Notes: generated from the letters alone by a model not told the origin. A stretch of 64,000 bases of DNA from Bdellovibrionales bacterium (GCA_965199825.1 OZ241329.1:192001-256000); one strand, 5' to 3'; positions 48,501 to 55,734 are shown, numbered from the stretch's first letter. Translations and numbers: made by a program.

Positions 48501-48927
48501 TATTTGTGGACGATGGTAGAACAATAACCCGAAGATAGCGCATCTCTCCAGGTTGCGGATTGTAAATGCAAACTTGGCCGTTTGAAACAAGACGCCCATT
48601 GATCGCACTTAAATTTTGATAAATATTTGCCATGCTGTTGCCAGCATCGGTGGTTGAGCGCTTTGCATCCGTAGTCGCAGAGCCCACGTTGATATTAAAA
48701 TAACCATTACTTGCCGCGGTGTTGACGAGTTCAGACTCTTCATAAAGAACACAAGTTTTGTTGCTATCTAAAATCTGAACCCGAAGATTAACCGAATTGT
48801 CCATCAGCGGATTTTGGCCATTAGCCGAATTATAAAGCCGACCATCCAAAGTAAAACTTTGGGGCGCTTCGCTTAAAGCAGAAGCTTGAAAACTTATGAG
48901 AATAAGAAGAGAGATCAAATTGTCCAC
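42544..48927 (-). CDS. Fibre 5: MAT-like fibre protein, 2127 aa, with C-terminal S74 chaperone
   Basis: Conserved N-domain, one shaft module, then GIACSSDERLKENF...TGYKAQEVQKVAPE and a coiled coil. Confidence 0.92.
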   Translation of the reverse strand: MDNLISLLILISFQASALSEAPQSFTLDGRLYNSANGQNPLMDNSVNLRVQILDSNKTCVLYEESELVNTAASNGYFNINVGSATTDAKRSTTDAGNSMANIYQNLSAINGRLVSNGQVCIYNPQPGEMRYLRVIVLPSSTNIQVTLAPDMKLNSVPTALVAESLNGITTTNILQADSATQLSQINLSNIFSNSNYPKLTSLLAGNANYVSSSSSAGATLPSYATTSPPTTPTAGSVWYDSTSGTVKYYNGTTTQVLSSASGALSGDVTGTLGANTVSTVGGSSASNLHAAELLANSATSADTNSMIVRRDASGNFSGSAVGASSLVLRDSASNSVTVRAPATVSASYTVTWPAAAPLANGQVLSSTTAGVLSWSAPYSDSAARAAISATAPLNYNSTTGVLALSGTAAGDLSGSFPTPKVSGLQGTPISGSTPTNAGQVLRYDGSTQYAPAFLGIADLRSSLVGSAQLLPTNCTSTQTLSYSSVTDTFSCVSLSVSATNFANQAQNAVLAGPSSGGVGAPTFRALTAADLPTGAFDTTYFKDGGNSFGADAALGTSDNFNLSLKSNNVVGMTLSPLGKVGIGTTSPNAQLEIDVNAAGGAPSAILINNTNAAAASGSQFVMQTHGVTGFSFGSNGNDISMDTNGGNFYFGANHVLSGYQFYNGGTRLMGLGSNGNLFVQGNVGVGTTNPSATLQLKAGTTTAGTAPLKLNSGPLMTTAEDGAIEYDGTNYYLTAGTTRTAIPLSGGSASYNTVGAGAGSAGSPSLSFSSDADTGFFDSGSNNVIGVAAGGTNIFNLSSAGMVSPVTGGATVTSAAGSAAAPTYSFAGDTGTGWFRPLASTLAASTGGLERMRMDASGNVGIGTTSPGAKLDVVAAGNPAIRVLSGNNSYYSAYGLGRTFEESVWGIASNAGDFSPTSVAGDIVFGNVSSGSLILTSHQGAINFTTGTTDTTKMTLTSAGNVGIGTTSPGALLAVGPSSQFKVDSAGNVVAASYSTSGQAVFQNTMQADVFNTTPYAPSSSTVSLPPGYSGIFDNTNQADNSFSGIAIDAKNGAATFQRAYLGAVSNSSGSTPSIVIGQQTGATAYAERMRIDPSGNVGIGTTAPSQQLHVYSNTGNALAAIETSQNNPSATASLLVTSNFSNYSNINFYAQSSSWLIGENGNTSFVIRDGANSVVPLTVEKGAAANSIYLKSGGNVGIGTTAPSALLHVFQPPAGTGAVLSMSSANAGNVTYDQYGQFLIDGLLVLAADSNISFNRAYSSIGDTYITSGISHNAAKNIILMPSGNGFVGVGTATPGASLDVKGAIRMSGSTSGYTGFQPAAAAGSTVWTLPANDGTANQTLTTNGSGILTWSTPTGTGISNLNGLTAPSQTFANGTTGTAPSFTSATSTHTLNIPLASAASVTAGLLSNADYTSFSGKMSTALADGKIYVGNSGGVATAVTPSGDATMADTGAFTVTKLQGSAVSATAPATAGQALRWSGSAWTPNFIAMTDLRSTVTGTNQFASSCLSNQTLTYNSVGDVMSCTNISLPSSQITGSVTPANGGTGQTTFAVGDVLYASSTTALSRLPAGTNGQVLTLASGLPSWTSASGGLPAAAGTAAAPGYAFSGNLNTGMFSPATNTIGLSTNGAEAMRISSTGFVGIGTTTPSNALDVVGSTNLNNIFNVGPYGATLNYNGSNVFAVTGNPGSGNAYTMQVTTGVPSTTAFAVRYLNSNGLISSLDNSGNMYVAGNVGIGTTAPAATLDVAGGSRMMGTSSPSTGAGIEMNYNSGTGSIKAYDHDAFQYKVLSLDGSQISLQSSSGQNVIVGAGIAQSRLDVAGGMSVGSYAGTTAAPTNGMIVSGNVGIGTTNPSTNLQINGSNSSGSVGENIQNGYVGSGGTAQAEFGAYGSDLRVGAAGDLSTPYTYINTYTVGIPLQFQQAGIEKMRLNSNGNLGIGNTAPAKLLHVGSASVGTGVAVANFQNVDGTCTITPASSGSGIACSSDERLKENFQDVSSNFALDRILQLQAVTYNFKTSSADNRKTGYKAQEVQKVAPEFVRQDEDGFLQVYYDAFIPWITEAIKTLNNRITGMKSHQVIQDRMIASKVDKVEVDTQVQKLEDENKKLKQENAEIKSRLDRIENMLHKYK

Positions 48928-48933
48928 TTGAGC

Positions 48934-48960
48934 TTATCGACATGTTGCAAAACCAAAAGA
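48934..48960 (-). promoter_or_regulatory. Sigma28-like -10 box of fibre 5
   Basis: TGTCGATAA. GTCGATA ends 7 nt before the GTG at 48927; the -35 is weak. Confidence 0.55.
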
Positions 48961-49001
48961 GTCTTGCTCAATTGATTAAAGACTTAAGTCCAATATCGAT
49001 T

Positions 49002-50000
49002 CTACTTCATGTCGTAATAAGTTTTCGACCATGCATTCACCCAGACGTCTTGCTCTTCAGAATTTGCACCAGCCAAGATAAACTGATCTGCCGGCGCCCA
49101 ACTCGAGTAAACAGAAAATATAAAAAGATTGCCCAGTGAGTTCATCCAATGAATTGCCGAGGTGATGTAAGCCGCATCCCCACCGCCTGCTCCCCATTCT
49201 GAAAGCCCCACTTTTACATTTTGGCTTTGAGCAAATGTGACCAACCAATCTAAATCGAAGGCTCCACCGCTTTGAGTTTTTTGCCAGTTGCCGATGTTGG
49301 TTTGGTAAATATCCATCGACACCACATCCACATACTGAGAACCTGGCCAATAATCGAGTGGTGTGCCCGCATTTGAACCGTCGGAATAAGTGTAGGGCCC
49401 ATCTTCCCAGTTTGTGCAAAATTCGATTTGCACACCGGGAACAGTGGTGCGCAAAATTCCGACGATGCGCCTAAAAGTTGCGATGTAATTGGCTGCGGTG
49501 TTGTTTGTGCCCGCAGGACCACCGATCGACCAGGGATACCAATTTCCATTCATTTCCCAACCAATGCGAACAAACATCTTGTTGCCAGCTTGCGCTAAAG
49601 TTTGGGACATTGCGATGTAATGAGAATCATAAGCTCCCGATGCCGCCTGTCCCAAATCGGTTGCACCCACACTGTCCCAACCCGAAATCGAAAGCATCGG
49701 GAACGAAACATCAACCGCATAAGATTTTGGAATCCCACCCCACCACCATCCACTCATAACGATTGTTGCCGCACTCATATCCAGTGGACGCCCAAGCCAA
49801 GCATTCACCGATGCGAGATCTTGTTCTGCGGTGTTATCGCTTGCTGTGTAACCAATGCGGTAAGGGATCGCGACGCGGTCAGAGGCGGAACTAAGGCCTC
49901 CGCTCGACTCCAAATGTGAAGATGAAATCTTTGAACAGTTAACGAAAAAGCAAAGACTGAAAGTGCTTAAAAAAAGTGCGAGAGATTTTCGGCTGGCCAT
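49002..50000 (-). CDS. Glycoside hydrolase family 26 (beta-mannanase-like) lipoprotein
   Basis: RIGWEMNGNWYPW, YWPGSQYVDVVSMDIY and GLSEWG motifs; lipobox-like FFVNC. Confidence 0.85.
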   Translation of the reverse strand: MASRKSLALFLSTFSLCFFVNCSKISSSHLESSGGLSSASDRVAIPYRIGYTASDNTAEQDLASVNAWLGRPLDMSAATIVMSGWWWGGIPKSYAVDVSFPMLSISGWDSVGATDLGQAASGAYDSHYIAMSQTLAQAGNKMFVRIGWEMNGNWYPWSIGGPAGTNNTAANYIATFRRIVGILRTTVPGVQIEFCTNWEDGPYTYSDGSNAGTPLDYWPGSQYVDVVSMDIYQTNIGNWQKTQSGGAFDLDWLVTFAQSQNVKVGLSEWGAGGGDAAYITSAIHWMNSLGNLFIFSVYSSWAPADQFILAGANSEEQDVWVNAWSKTYYDMK

Positions 50001-50182
50001 TGCTCAATTTTAACTCACATCAACGAATGACACATTGATATTTCGATTTTAAATCTGAAAATGAGACAATATTTAGTAAATACCTTCGTTCACTTTATAT
50101 GTATCAAACTGGGAAGTCTTCGCCTCAGCATCAGAAACATGCTATTCTTAAAGCTAACCTGAATAATGAATCGAAATTTTTT

Positions 50183-52411
50183 ATGCAGCCCAATCGAACA
50201 AAATTATTTAAATCACTGGGCACTGCTGGATTGCTTTTTTGCCTTTTGATTCCATTTCAAAATTGCGGAAAATTATCGGCGATTTCGACTCACCTACTCG
50301 ATAGCAGCAGCACCGCCCCGACCCCGCAAGTTTTTCTGCCAGCGCCCAATGCTGAGCCCACCACAAGTTGGTTTGGCAATAGTTTCGGTAAAGCCCCTCA
50401 AGTGATGCCTCTTGATGTTGAATCTCTTTTTGTTGATCCAACGGGACATGTGTTTTCAAACGCCTATTGGTCCGAAACAGGAAATCAAAGCGGAATATTC
50501 AAAGAGGGATCAAGCCTCGCCTTTATGGAAGGGCTTCAAGGTTGGGGGCGCACCGGCGGCTATGCGGTCGCAGCCAGTGACAATTTCGTTTTTATCGCGA
50601 TGACTCAATCCGGTTGCGATGGGGGCAATGATCTTCTCAACAGCAACGGCGTGCGACAGTATCCTCCCTGCGGCACTGCTTGGATTGCGATTCGCCGTTA
50701 TGATCGCAGTGGTCATGCCGCACCGTTTGCTGGTGGCGTGGGATACGATGGTTCGATGAAAATCATAAATTCGCTCAGCACCAACGACGGTCATGTGATT
50801 CAACCCGCGATCCCGCGAGGTATGCATGTGCTCGGCACAAATCTTTATGTGGCCGACCCTGTCTCCAATCAGATTTTAATTTATTCCATTTCGGATTTGA
50901 GTGCGGTTTCGAGTTTCAATGTCACTTCGCCTTTATCAATTACCCATGATGCAAATAATTTTTTGTGGATTGGACAAACAGATGGATCGATCCGTCAATA
51001 CACCGTCTTAGGAGCGCTGACTGGACTGAGTGTTCATGTGCCAAATTTAGTCGGTCTTGCTGTGGATTTACAAAATCGGCTGCTGGTTGCCGATGGCGGA
51101 CCGGATCAAAATATAAAAATCGTAACTGGCCTCACTGCAACTCCAACTGTCACCGGATCCATCGGCGAGGTTGGTGGCGTTGGTGGTGGAAGTCTTCCCG
51201 GAGCTCTTGGTGATTTAAAATTTAATGGACTAGTTGGGGTTGGTGCCGACAACTCAGGAAATATCTACGTCGCACAAAACGGCAAAGGTGTGGCGCGCGA
51301 TGCCGGATTTAATTTTAATGTAGAAATCAAATCGTTAAGTCCAAACCTCTCTGTCAACTGGCATCTGTTTACCAATGAGTATGTCAACGGCGGAGTTTTT
51401 GATCCTCTCGGTGACGGCCAAAGTGTGTACACCACATTTATGCACTACACTTCGAGTGTTGCGGATAGTGCGACGTTCAGCCGATTTGGATTTCCCGACG
51501 ATCCCCGAAATCATATCGGCCGGGGATTTTTACATCCGATTGCTCTTCGCTGGATCAATGGTAAAAAGTTTTTGTTTATGAGCGGAATGTTTCCGGCAGG
51601 TTTATTTATTTTTAAATTTGATGGTGAACTCGCAACTCCCTCTGGCATTTTATCATCCAGTTTAATTTCAGATTCTAATTCGCAGCCCTGGCCTGTGAAT
51701 CAGCCGACCGCCAACAATGGAGCCTGGATCTGGCGCGATCAAAATGGCGATTCAAGCCAAAACAGCAACGAGTACGAAGCGGGCGACTCCGGCGGCAACG
51801 ACCGGTATGGATGGTGGGTGGATCTGAATGGCGACGTCTGGCAAGGAACTCAAGATGGTGTACGAAGGTATCAGATCCAAAGTTTAGATCCCAACGGCAA
51901 TCCGATTTATCATCTGGCCAACTCCACATTGTTTCCGCTGCCCGCAAATTTAACTTGGATTGGTCGCCTCATCCACCAAGAGGCCACCGATACCGTTTTT
52001 ATAACGGGCTACCAAGGATCTGAAACCGATGACGGATGCTGGGGCACACTCGGAAAAACTCTTGTACGATTGGATCACTTCACCACTAACCCCACAATCG
52101 CTTGGCAAACAAAAATGCCTTTTAACTGTTCCACTGGCGAAGCGCCAAAGGCGATGGACATTGCCGGACAAGCTTTGTTTACCGCAGAGTCGACAGATGG
52201 TGGCAGCGGCGGCGGATATGTGCGGGTGTATGACATCGCAACAGGAATACAAACGGTGCAATTTTATCCAGGCTCGGCTGTGGGAGGATCAAACGGTGTG
52301 AGCTGGACCGATATTCCTTATGCTCTTCATGCCTTTGAACGTCGCAACGGACAATATTTACTTTTAAATGAAGACGATCTTTTTGGAAAAATTCTGTCGT
52401 ACTCGTGGTGA
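50183..52411 (+). CDS. Beta-propeller (NHL/SMP-30-like) lipoprotein, ~742 aa
   Basis: ATG at 50183 gives MQPNRTKLF...LLIPFQNC (lipobox). Contains TSWFGNSFG and LYVAD/LLVADGGPDQNI/GVGADNSGNIYV blade motifs. Confidence 0.75.
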   Translation: MQPNRTKLFKSLGTAGLLFCLLIPFQNCGKLSAISTHLLDSSSTAPTPQVFLPAPNAEPTTSWFGNSFGKAPQVMPLDVESLFVDPTGHVFSNAYWSETGNQSGIFKEGSSLAFMEGLQGWGRTGGYAVAASDNFVFIAMTQSGCDGGNDLLNSNGVRQYPPCGTAWIAIRRYDRSGHAAPFAGGVGYDGSMKIINSLSTNDGHVIQPAIPRGMHVLGTNLYVADPVSNQILIYSISDLSAVSSFNVTSPLSITHDANNFLWIGQTDGSIRQYTVLGALTGLSVHVPNLVGLAVDLQNRLLVADGGPDQNIKIVTGLTATPTVTGSIGEVGGVGGGSLPGALGDLKFNGLVGVGADNSGNIYVAQNGKGVARDAGFNFNVEIKSLSPNLSVNWHLFTNEYVNGGVFDPLGDGQSVYTTFMHYTSSVADSATFSRFGFPDDPRNHIGRGFLHPIALRWINGKKFLFMSGMFPAGLFIFKFDGELATPSGILSSSLISDSNSQPWPVNQPTANNGAWIWRDQNGDSSQNSNEYEAGDSGGNDRYGWWVDLNGDVWQGTQDGVRRYQIQSLDPNGNPIYHLANSTLFPLPANLTWIGRLIHQEATDTVFITGYQGSETDDGCWGTLGKTLVRLDHFTTNPTIAWQTKMPFNCSTGEAPKAMDIAGQALFTAESTDGGSGGGYVRVYDIATGIQTVQFYPGSAVGGSNGVSWTDIPYALHAFERRNGQYLLLNEDDLFGKILSYSW

Positions 52412-52412
52412 T

Positions 52413-53753
52413 TTAAAAAAACGAATCAAACGAAGTCACCTCAAACTTTTGTTTGAGGTACATAAAAAACGCAATGAGGGCAGCCGCATCTTTTGGATTT
52501 TTTGATTCTAGTGACATTTTGTCTGAGCTGAAATTTTCCTTAAACATCTGCGGACGACGTCCAAAGATTTGATTAAATTTCTTCGTCTGAATTTGAACAA
52601 AAGCTCGAAATCGAATCCTATCAGAGTCATCAAAATAATTTTCGATCCCCTCTTCGGTTACAAAGTGTAGCTCAAGGTCGACCGAAACTTTACCATCAAA
52701 TGTTCGTCCCAAAACTAAGGATAAAAGATTCTGACCTTGTTCGTTTTTGTAAATCAACAAAGGAGGCGAAAAATAGACATCTATTTCGTTAAGCTCCTGA
52801 TTGCGAATGGCTTGAGCCCATGGAGCGGTCTCTCGCCAAAATGGCAAAAGCTCTGAGAAGGCACTTAAAAAATAAAGCTGATCGTCGCTTTCAAGCAACG
52901 AGTCCAACCTCTGACCTTGAACCAACAAGCGGCGAACGAGTGAAGTGTCGAGAAGCATCTTCATAATTCTTTCCACATCCCAATCATTCTCAAGCGTTTG
53001 GGCGCCTTCGATTGTTCGACTCTTCTGGATGCTCTCCACTGTGAATTTGAACGGCAATCGAAGACTTGGAGTTAAACTCCGCCTGTCACGAGCGATTTGC
53101 ATCGCCTCAGAGGACGATTCAAATATAAAATTTAAATATCTCCATGGATCTTTGGGCTGATCAATTCCGGTGATTTGGTCAAAAAATTTGGCTTGTCTCT
53201 CAAGATGGGGATGTCGAACTTCATTGCCAGTGAGATAGCGCCGCACTGCCAATTGCTCCGACGGAGCTTGGTCCGTATGACTTTGAGTTGCAAGTGCGAT
53301 CCTTGTGTCCACATTCTGTGAGCGCACCCCTTCCATGTAGGCCAAAAAACTATTTCGCAACCGAGTGTGAATATCTTTAGAAAATCCGTTGACCACTTCA
53401 CCCCGTGACATCGACATAATGCTCTCACGTGCGGCATCCACATCGGCAACACTGTGAGATAATTCTTTCCACTGCGTGTATTCGTCTTCGGTCCAAAGCG
53501 TAGGTCCATACTCTGAAATAAAGATGATATTTTTTTGAAAAAGATTTTGTGAAACGCCTAAAAGTTCATTTTTCCAAACACTTTTAGGGTTTGATTTAAG
53601 AAAGGCTTGAATATCTTTCGGCGATTTCAAGATTAAAAATTTTTTAGCGGGCTTCTCATAAATTTTGAGGACAGAGGTCGTCAAAAAGAGCCGACACATC
53701 GACCGCTCTTGCGCGTAAGAACTGAAAGACAAAAAAATGAATAGGGCAACCAT
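52413..53753 (-). CDS. Secreted hypothetical protein, 446 aa
   Basis: Signal peptide MVALFIFLSFSSYA followed by SMCRLFL. No family recognised. Confidence 0.8.
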   Translation of the reverse strand: MVALFIFLSFSSYAQERSMCRLFLTTSVLKIYEKPAKKFLILKSPKDIQAFLKSNPKSVWKNELLGVSQNLFQKNIIFISEYGPTLWTEDEYTQWKELSHSVADVDAARESIMSMSRGEVVNGFSKDIHTRLRNSFLAYMEGVRSQNVDTRIALATQSHTDQAPSEQLAVRRYLTGNEVRHPHLERQAKFFDQITGIDQPKDPWRYLNFIFESSSEAMQIARDRRSLTPSLRLPFKFTVESIQKSRTIEGAQTLENDWDVERIMKMLLDTSLVRRLLVQGQRLDSLLESDDQLYFLSAFSELLPFWRETAPWAQAIRNQELNEIDVYFSPPLLIYKNEQGQNLLSLVLGRTFDGKVSVDLELHFVTEEGIENYFDDSDRIRFRAFVQIQTKKFNQIFGRRPQMFKENFSSDKMSLESKNPKDAAALIAFFMYLKQKFEVTSFDSFF

Positions 53754-53766
53754 AGAGCGGCTTTAA

Positions 53767-53782
53767 AGCAATTCAAAGGCCA
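53767..53782 (-). promoter_or_regulatory. Putative sigma54 promoter
   Basis: TGGCCTTTGAATTGCT (GG-N10-GC), 14 nt before the ATG at 53753, with no SD. Confidence 0.55.
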
Positions 53783-54207
53783 GTTAGTGAGTTGGGAAAT
53801 TTTAAGATGATTTCCTACAAATAGACGGAGTAGTTGATCAAATGGTTTTTGGAAATTTTGACTACAGGTCAGATTTCGATTCTTAAGGTAGTTTGAACCC
53901 CTACGGCATGGAGCAGTTTAACACAGTGCTATGATTGCAATGTGATGTGTCTGCTGTGACCACTCCGGCGAGAACATTCTTTTGGCATGTTGCGCAGACC
54001 TGATTCAAGTGCTGGTTCACACGTTGGCAAAATATTGAAGTCAGTGTGATGCGATTGATGAGTTTTCTTGAGTGACAGTGCTGTCAGGGTTGGTAAACTT
54101 GGTTAGAGTTTTCGTGCTCTTTTAGGTTTGAAGTCGAAACGAGTAAGAGGTTTTATTTTTTCACAAAATAATGACACTGCCCCGAATTTTTGTTTTCGTT
54201 TTCACTC

Positions 54208-54320
54208 GAAGTTATCGTGCCCGCCCGAAGTTATCGTGCCCGCCCGAAGTTATCGTGCCCGCCCGAAGTTATCGTGCCCGCCCGAAGTTATCGTGCCCGC
54301 CCGAAGTTATCGTGCCCGCT
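54208..54320. repeat. Tandem array 1: 6 x 19 bp GAAGTTATCGTGCCCGCCC
   Basis: Read directly from the sequence. Confidence 0.95.
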
Positions 54321-54750
54321 CGGCTACAAAATCACGTTTCCCAGTTTAACCAAAGAATTTCCAAAGGTGTTCAAAACTTTATTAAATAATTAGCTTCTGC
54401 TTCTCGTGTCCGCCAATTTTAAAATTAAACCAAAGACTAACACCGCCGGAAATTTTGTCGTGCCCACTGAAAGTTGTCGTGCCCACTGAAAGTTGTCGTG
54501 CCCACTGAAAGTTGTCGTGCCCACTCAAAGTTGTCGTGCTCACTCAAAGTTGTCGTGCTCACTCAAAGTTGTCGTGCTCACTCAAAGTTGTCGTGCTCAC
54601 TCAAAGTTGTCGTGCCCGCTCGGCTACAAAATCACGTTTCCCAGTTTAACCAACAAATTTCCAAAGGTGTTCAAAACTTTATTAAATAATTAGCTTCTGC
54701 TTCTCGTGTCCGCCAATTTTAAAATTAAACCAAAGACGAACACCGCCGGA
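54321..54750. repeat. Two copies of a ~130-bp linker (54321 and 54621; 300-bp period) enclosing array 2: 9 x 19 bp AAAGTTGTCGTGC(C/T)CACT(G/C)
   Basis: The linker cggctacaaaatcacgtttccc...caccgccgga occurs twice with about 3 substitutions. Confidence 0.95.
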
Positions 54751-54860
54751 AATTTTGTCGTGCCCGCTGACTTTGTCGTGCCCGCTGACTTTGTCGTGCC
54801 CGCTGACTTTGTCGTGCCCGCTGACTTTGTCGTGCCTACTCACTTTGTCGTGCCCACTAA
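54751..54860. repeat. Tandem array 3: 6 x 18 bp ACTTTGTCGTGCCCGCTG
   Basis: Read directly; the last two units are degenerate. Confidence 0.95.
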
Positions 54861-54999
54861 AAATTAAGAAACAAAACCACAATACTGCACTCAATTTTTT
54901 CTAGAAAAATGACATTGCCCCAACATTTATAAATCAAAAATATTTTTATCAAATTCAATTTTGATTGCATTTCTTTATACATAAATATAGTTTATAGAA

Positions 55000-55539
55000 A
55001 TGAAACAGCTTCCACTTTTTTCGCTTTCAAATCAGAAATCTTACGGCGGCAAAATGAAGGGGTGTCGAAAAATCATGCGACCACTCGACAAAAAACGATT
55101 ACACCATGTGATTCTAAAATCTCAGCATGCCAAAGGTGATCGAAGTTTTAAAAAATTCGACATGCAGATCAAATATAAAAATTTGATTTATTCAAAAGCT
55201 AAAAGATATGGCGTGCGAATTGCTGCATTCAGCAATGTGGGCAACCACTTTCACTTGCTCATCAGGTTTCAAGACCGCGCTCTTATCAAAACTTTTTTTA
55301 AAGTTGTTGCGGGTTTAATCGCTAGACTCGCAGCGGGCGCCCAAAAAGGTAAAAGGTTTGGTAGATTCTGGGATTCGGTGCTGTTCACTCGGATTGTGAG
55401 CCAAGGCCGTGATGAAGCTCGAATGTTTGATTATTTAGAAGCAAACTTAATTCAGGCCCACTTTGGAAAACAGGCTCGCAGTCATTTTGAATTTATCTGT
55501 AAAGAGTATTGGAAGGATCTTTCTAAAACCTCTCCTTAA
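55000..55539 (+). CDS. RAYT/IS200-like Y1 HUH transposase (REP-associated tyrosine transposase-like)
   Basis: HHVILKS, HUH motif GNHFHLL, FWDSVLFTRIV and a candidate catalytic Tyr in DYLEAN; 179 aa. Confidence 0.85.
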   Translation: MKQLPLFSLSNQKSYGGKMKGCRKIMRPLDKKRLHHVILKSQHAKGDRSFKKFDMQIKYKNLIYSKAKRYGVRIAAFSNVGNHFHLLIRFQDRALIKTFFKVVAGLIARLAAGAQKGKRFGRFWDSVLFTRIVSQGRDEARMFDYLEANLIQAHFGKQARSHFEFICKEYWKDLSKTSP

Positions 55540-55734
55540 GACCTCGATTCACTTCGCGATTGAGCATCATTTTTCTAAAATCACTTCTTAAGATCTCTTG
55601 TCATCCGCAATCAAGTCCGATCTTTCCAAAGCCCCGCGTGAGACTTTCAGTCACTTCAAAATCAATCATGATCTAACAAAATTGAGCACAAAGATTCGCT
55701 TTTTAAAGAGGTTAAACGATCACTCTTAAACGAC

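Noticed and set aside
9222..48571. Numerous short plus-strand and alternate-frame ORFs inside the fibre genes
   Set aside because: These are shadow ORFs from Gly/Ala/Thr/Ser-rich codons. They recur only because the underlying repeats recur.
9074..48927. Prophage or tailocin tail locus
   Set aside because: The fibres carry Sec-type signal peptides and individual host-type promoters. No capsid, baseplate, sheath, terminase, lysis or integrase genes are present.
9074..48927. Diversity-generating retroelement or invertase shufflon driving fibre variation
   Set aside because: No reverse transcriptase or site-specific recombinase is in the window, all repeats are direct and coding, and I saw no adenine-specific mismatch pattern by eye.
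53790..54130. Possible ncRNA or degenerate repeats in the intergenic stretch before the arrays
   Set aside because: Only weak recurring words (cagtgct, gttgg.aaa) are visible. I could not support a stable structure or a known RNA family.
54208..54860. CRISPR array
   Set aside because: Units are contiguous 18-19-bp tandem repeats without unique spacers, the long linkers are near-identical to each other, and there are no cas genes in the window.
54128..54894. Short repetitive ORFs (SCPPEVIVPAR..., GHDKVS repeats)
   Set aside because: They are translations of the DNA tandem repeats. 19-bp units do not preserve frame and no convincing RBS is present.
55000..55539. Complete IS200/IS605 element with tnpB
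   Set aside because: No tnpB follows and no clear subterminal hairpins were seen, so it is treated as a solitary RAYT-like gene.
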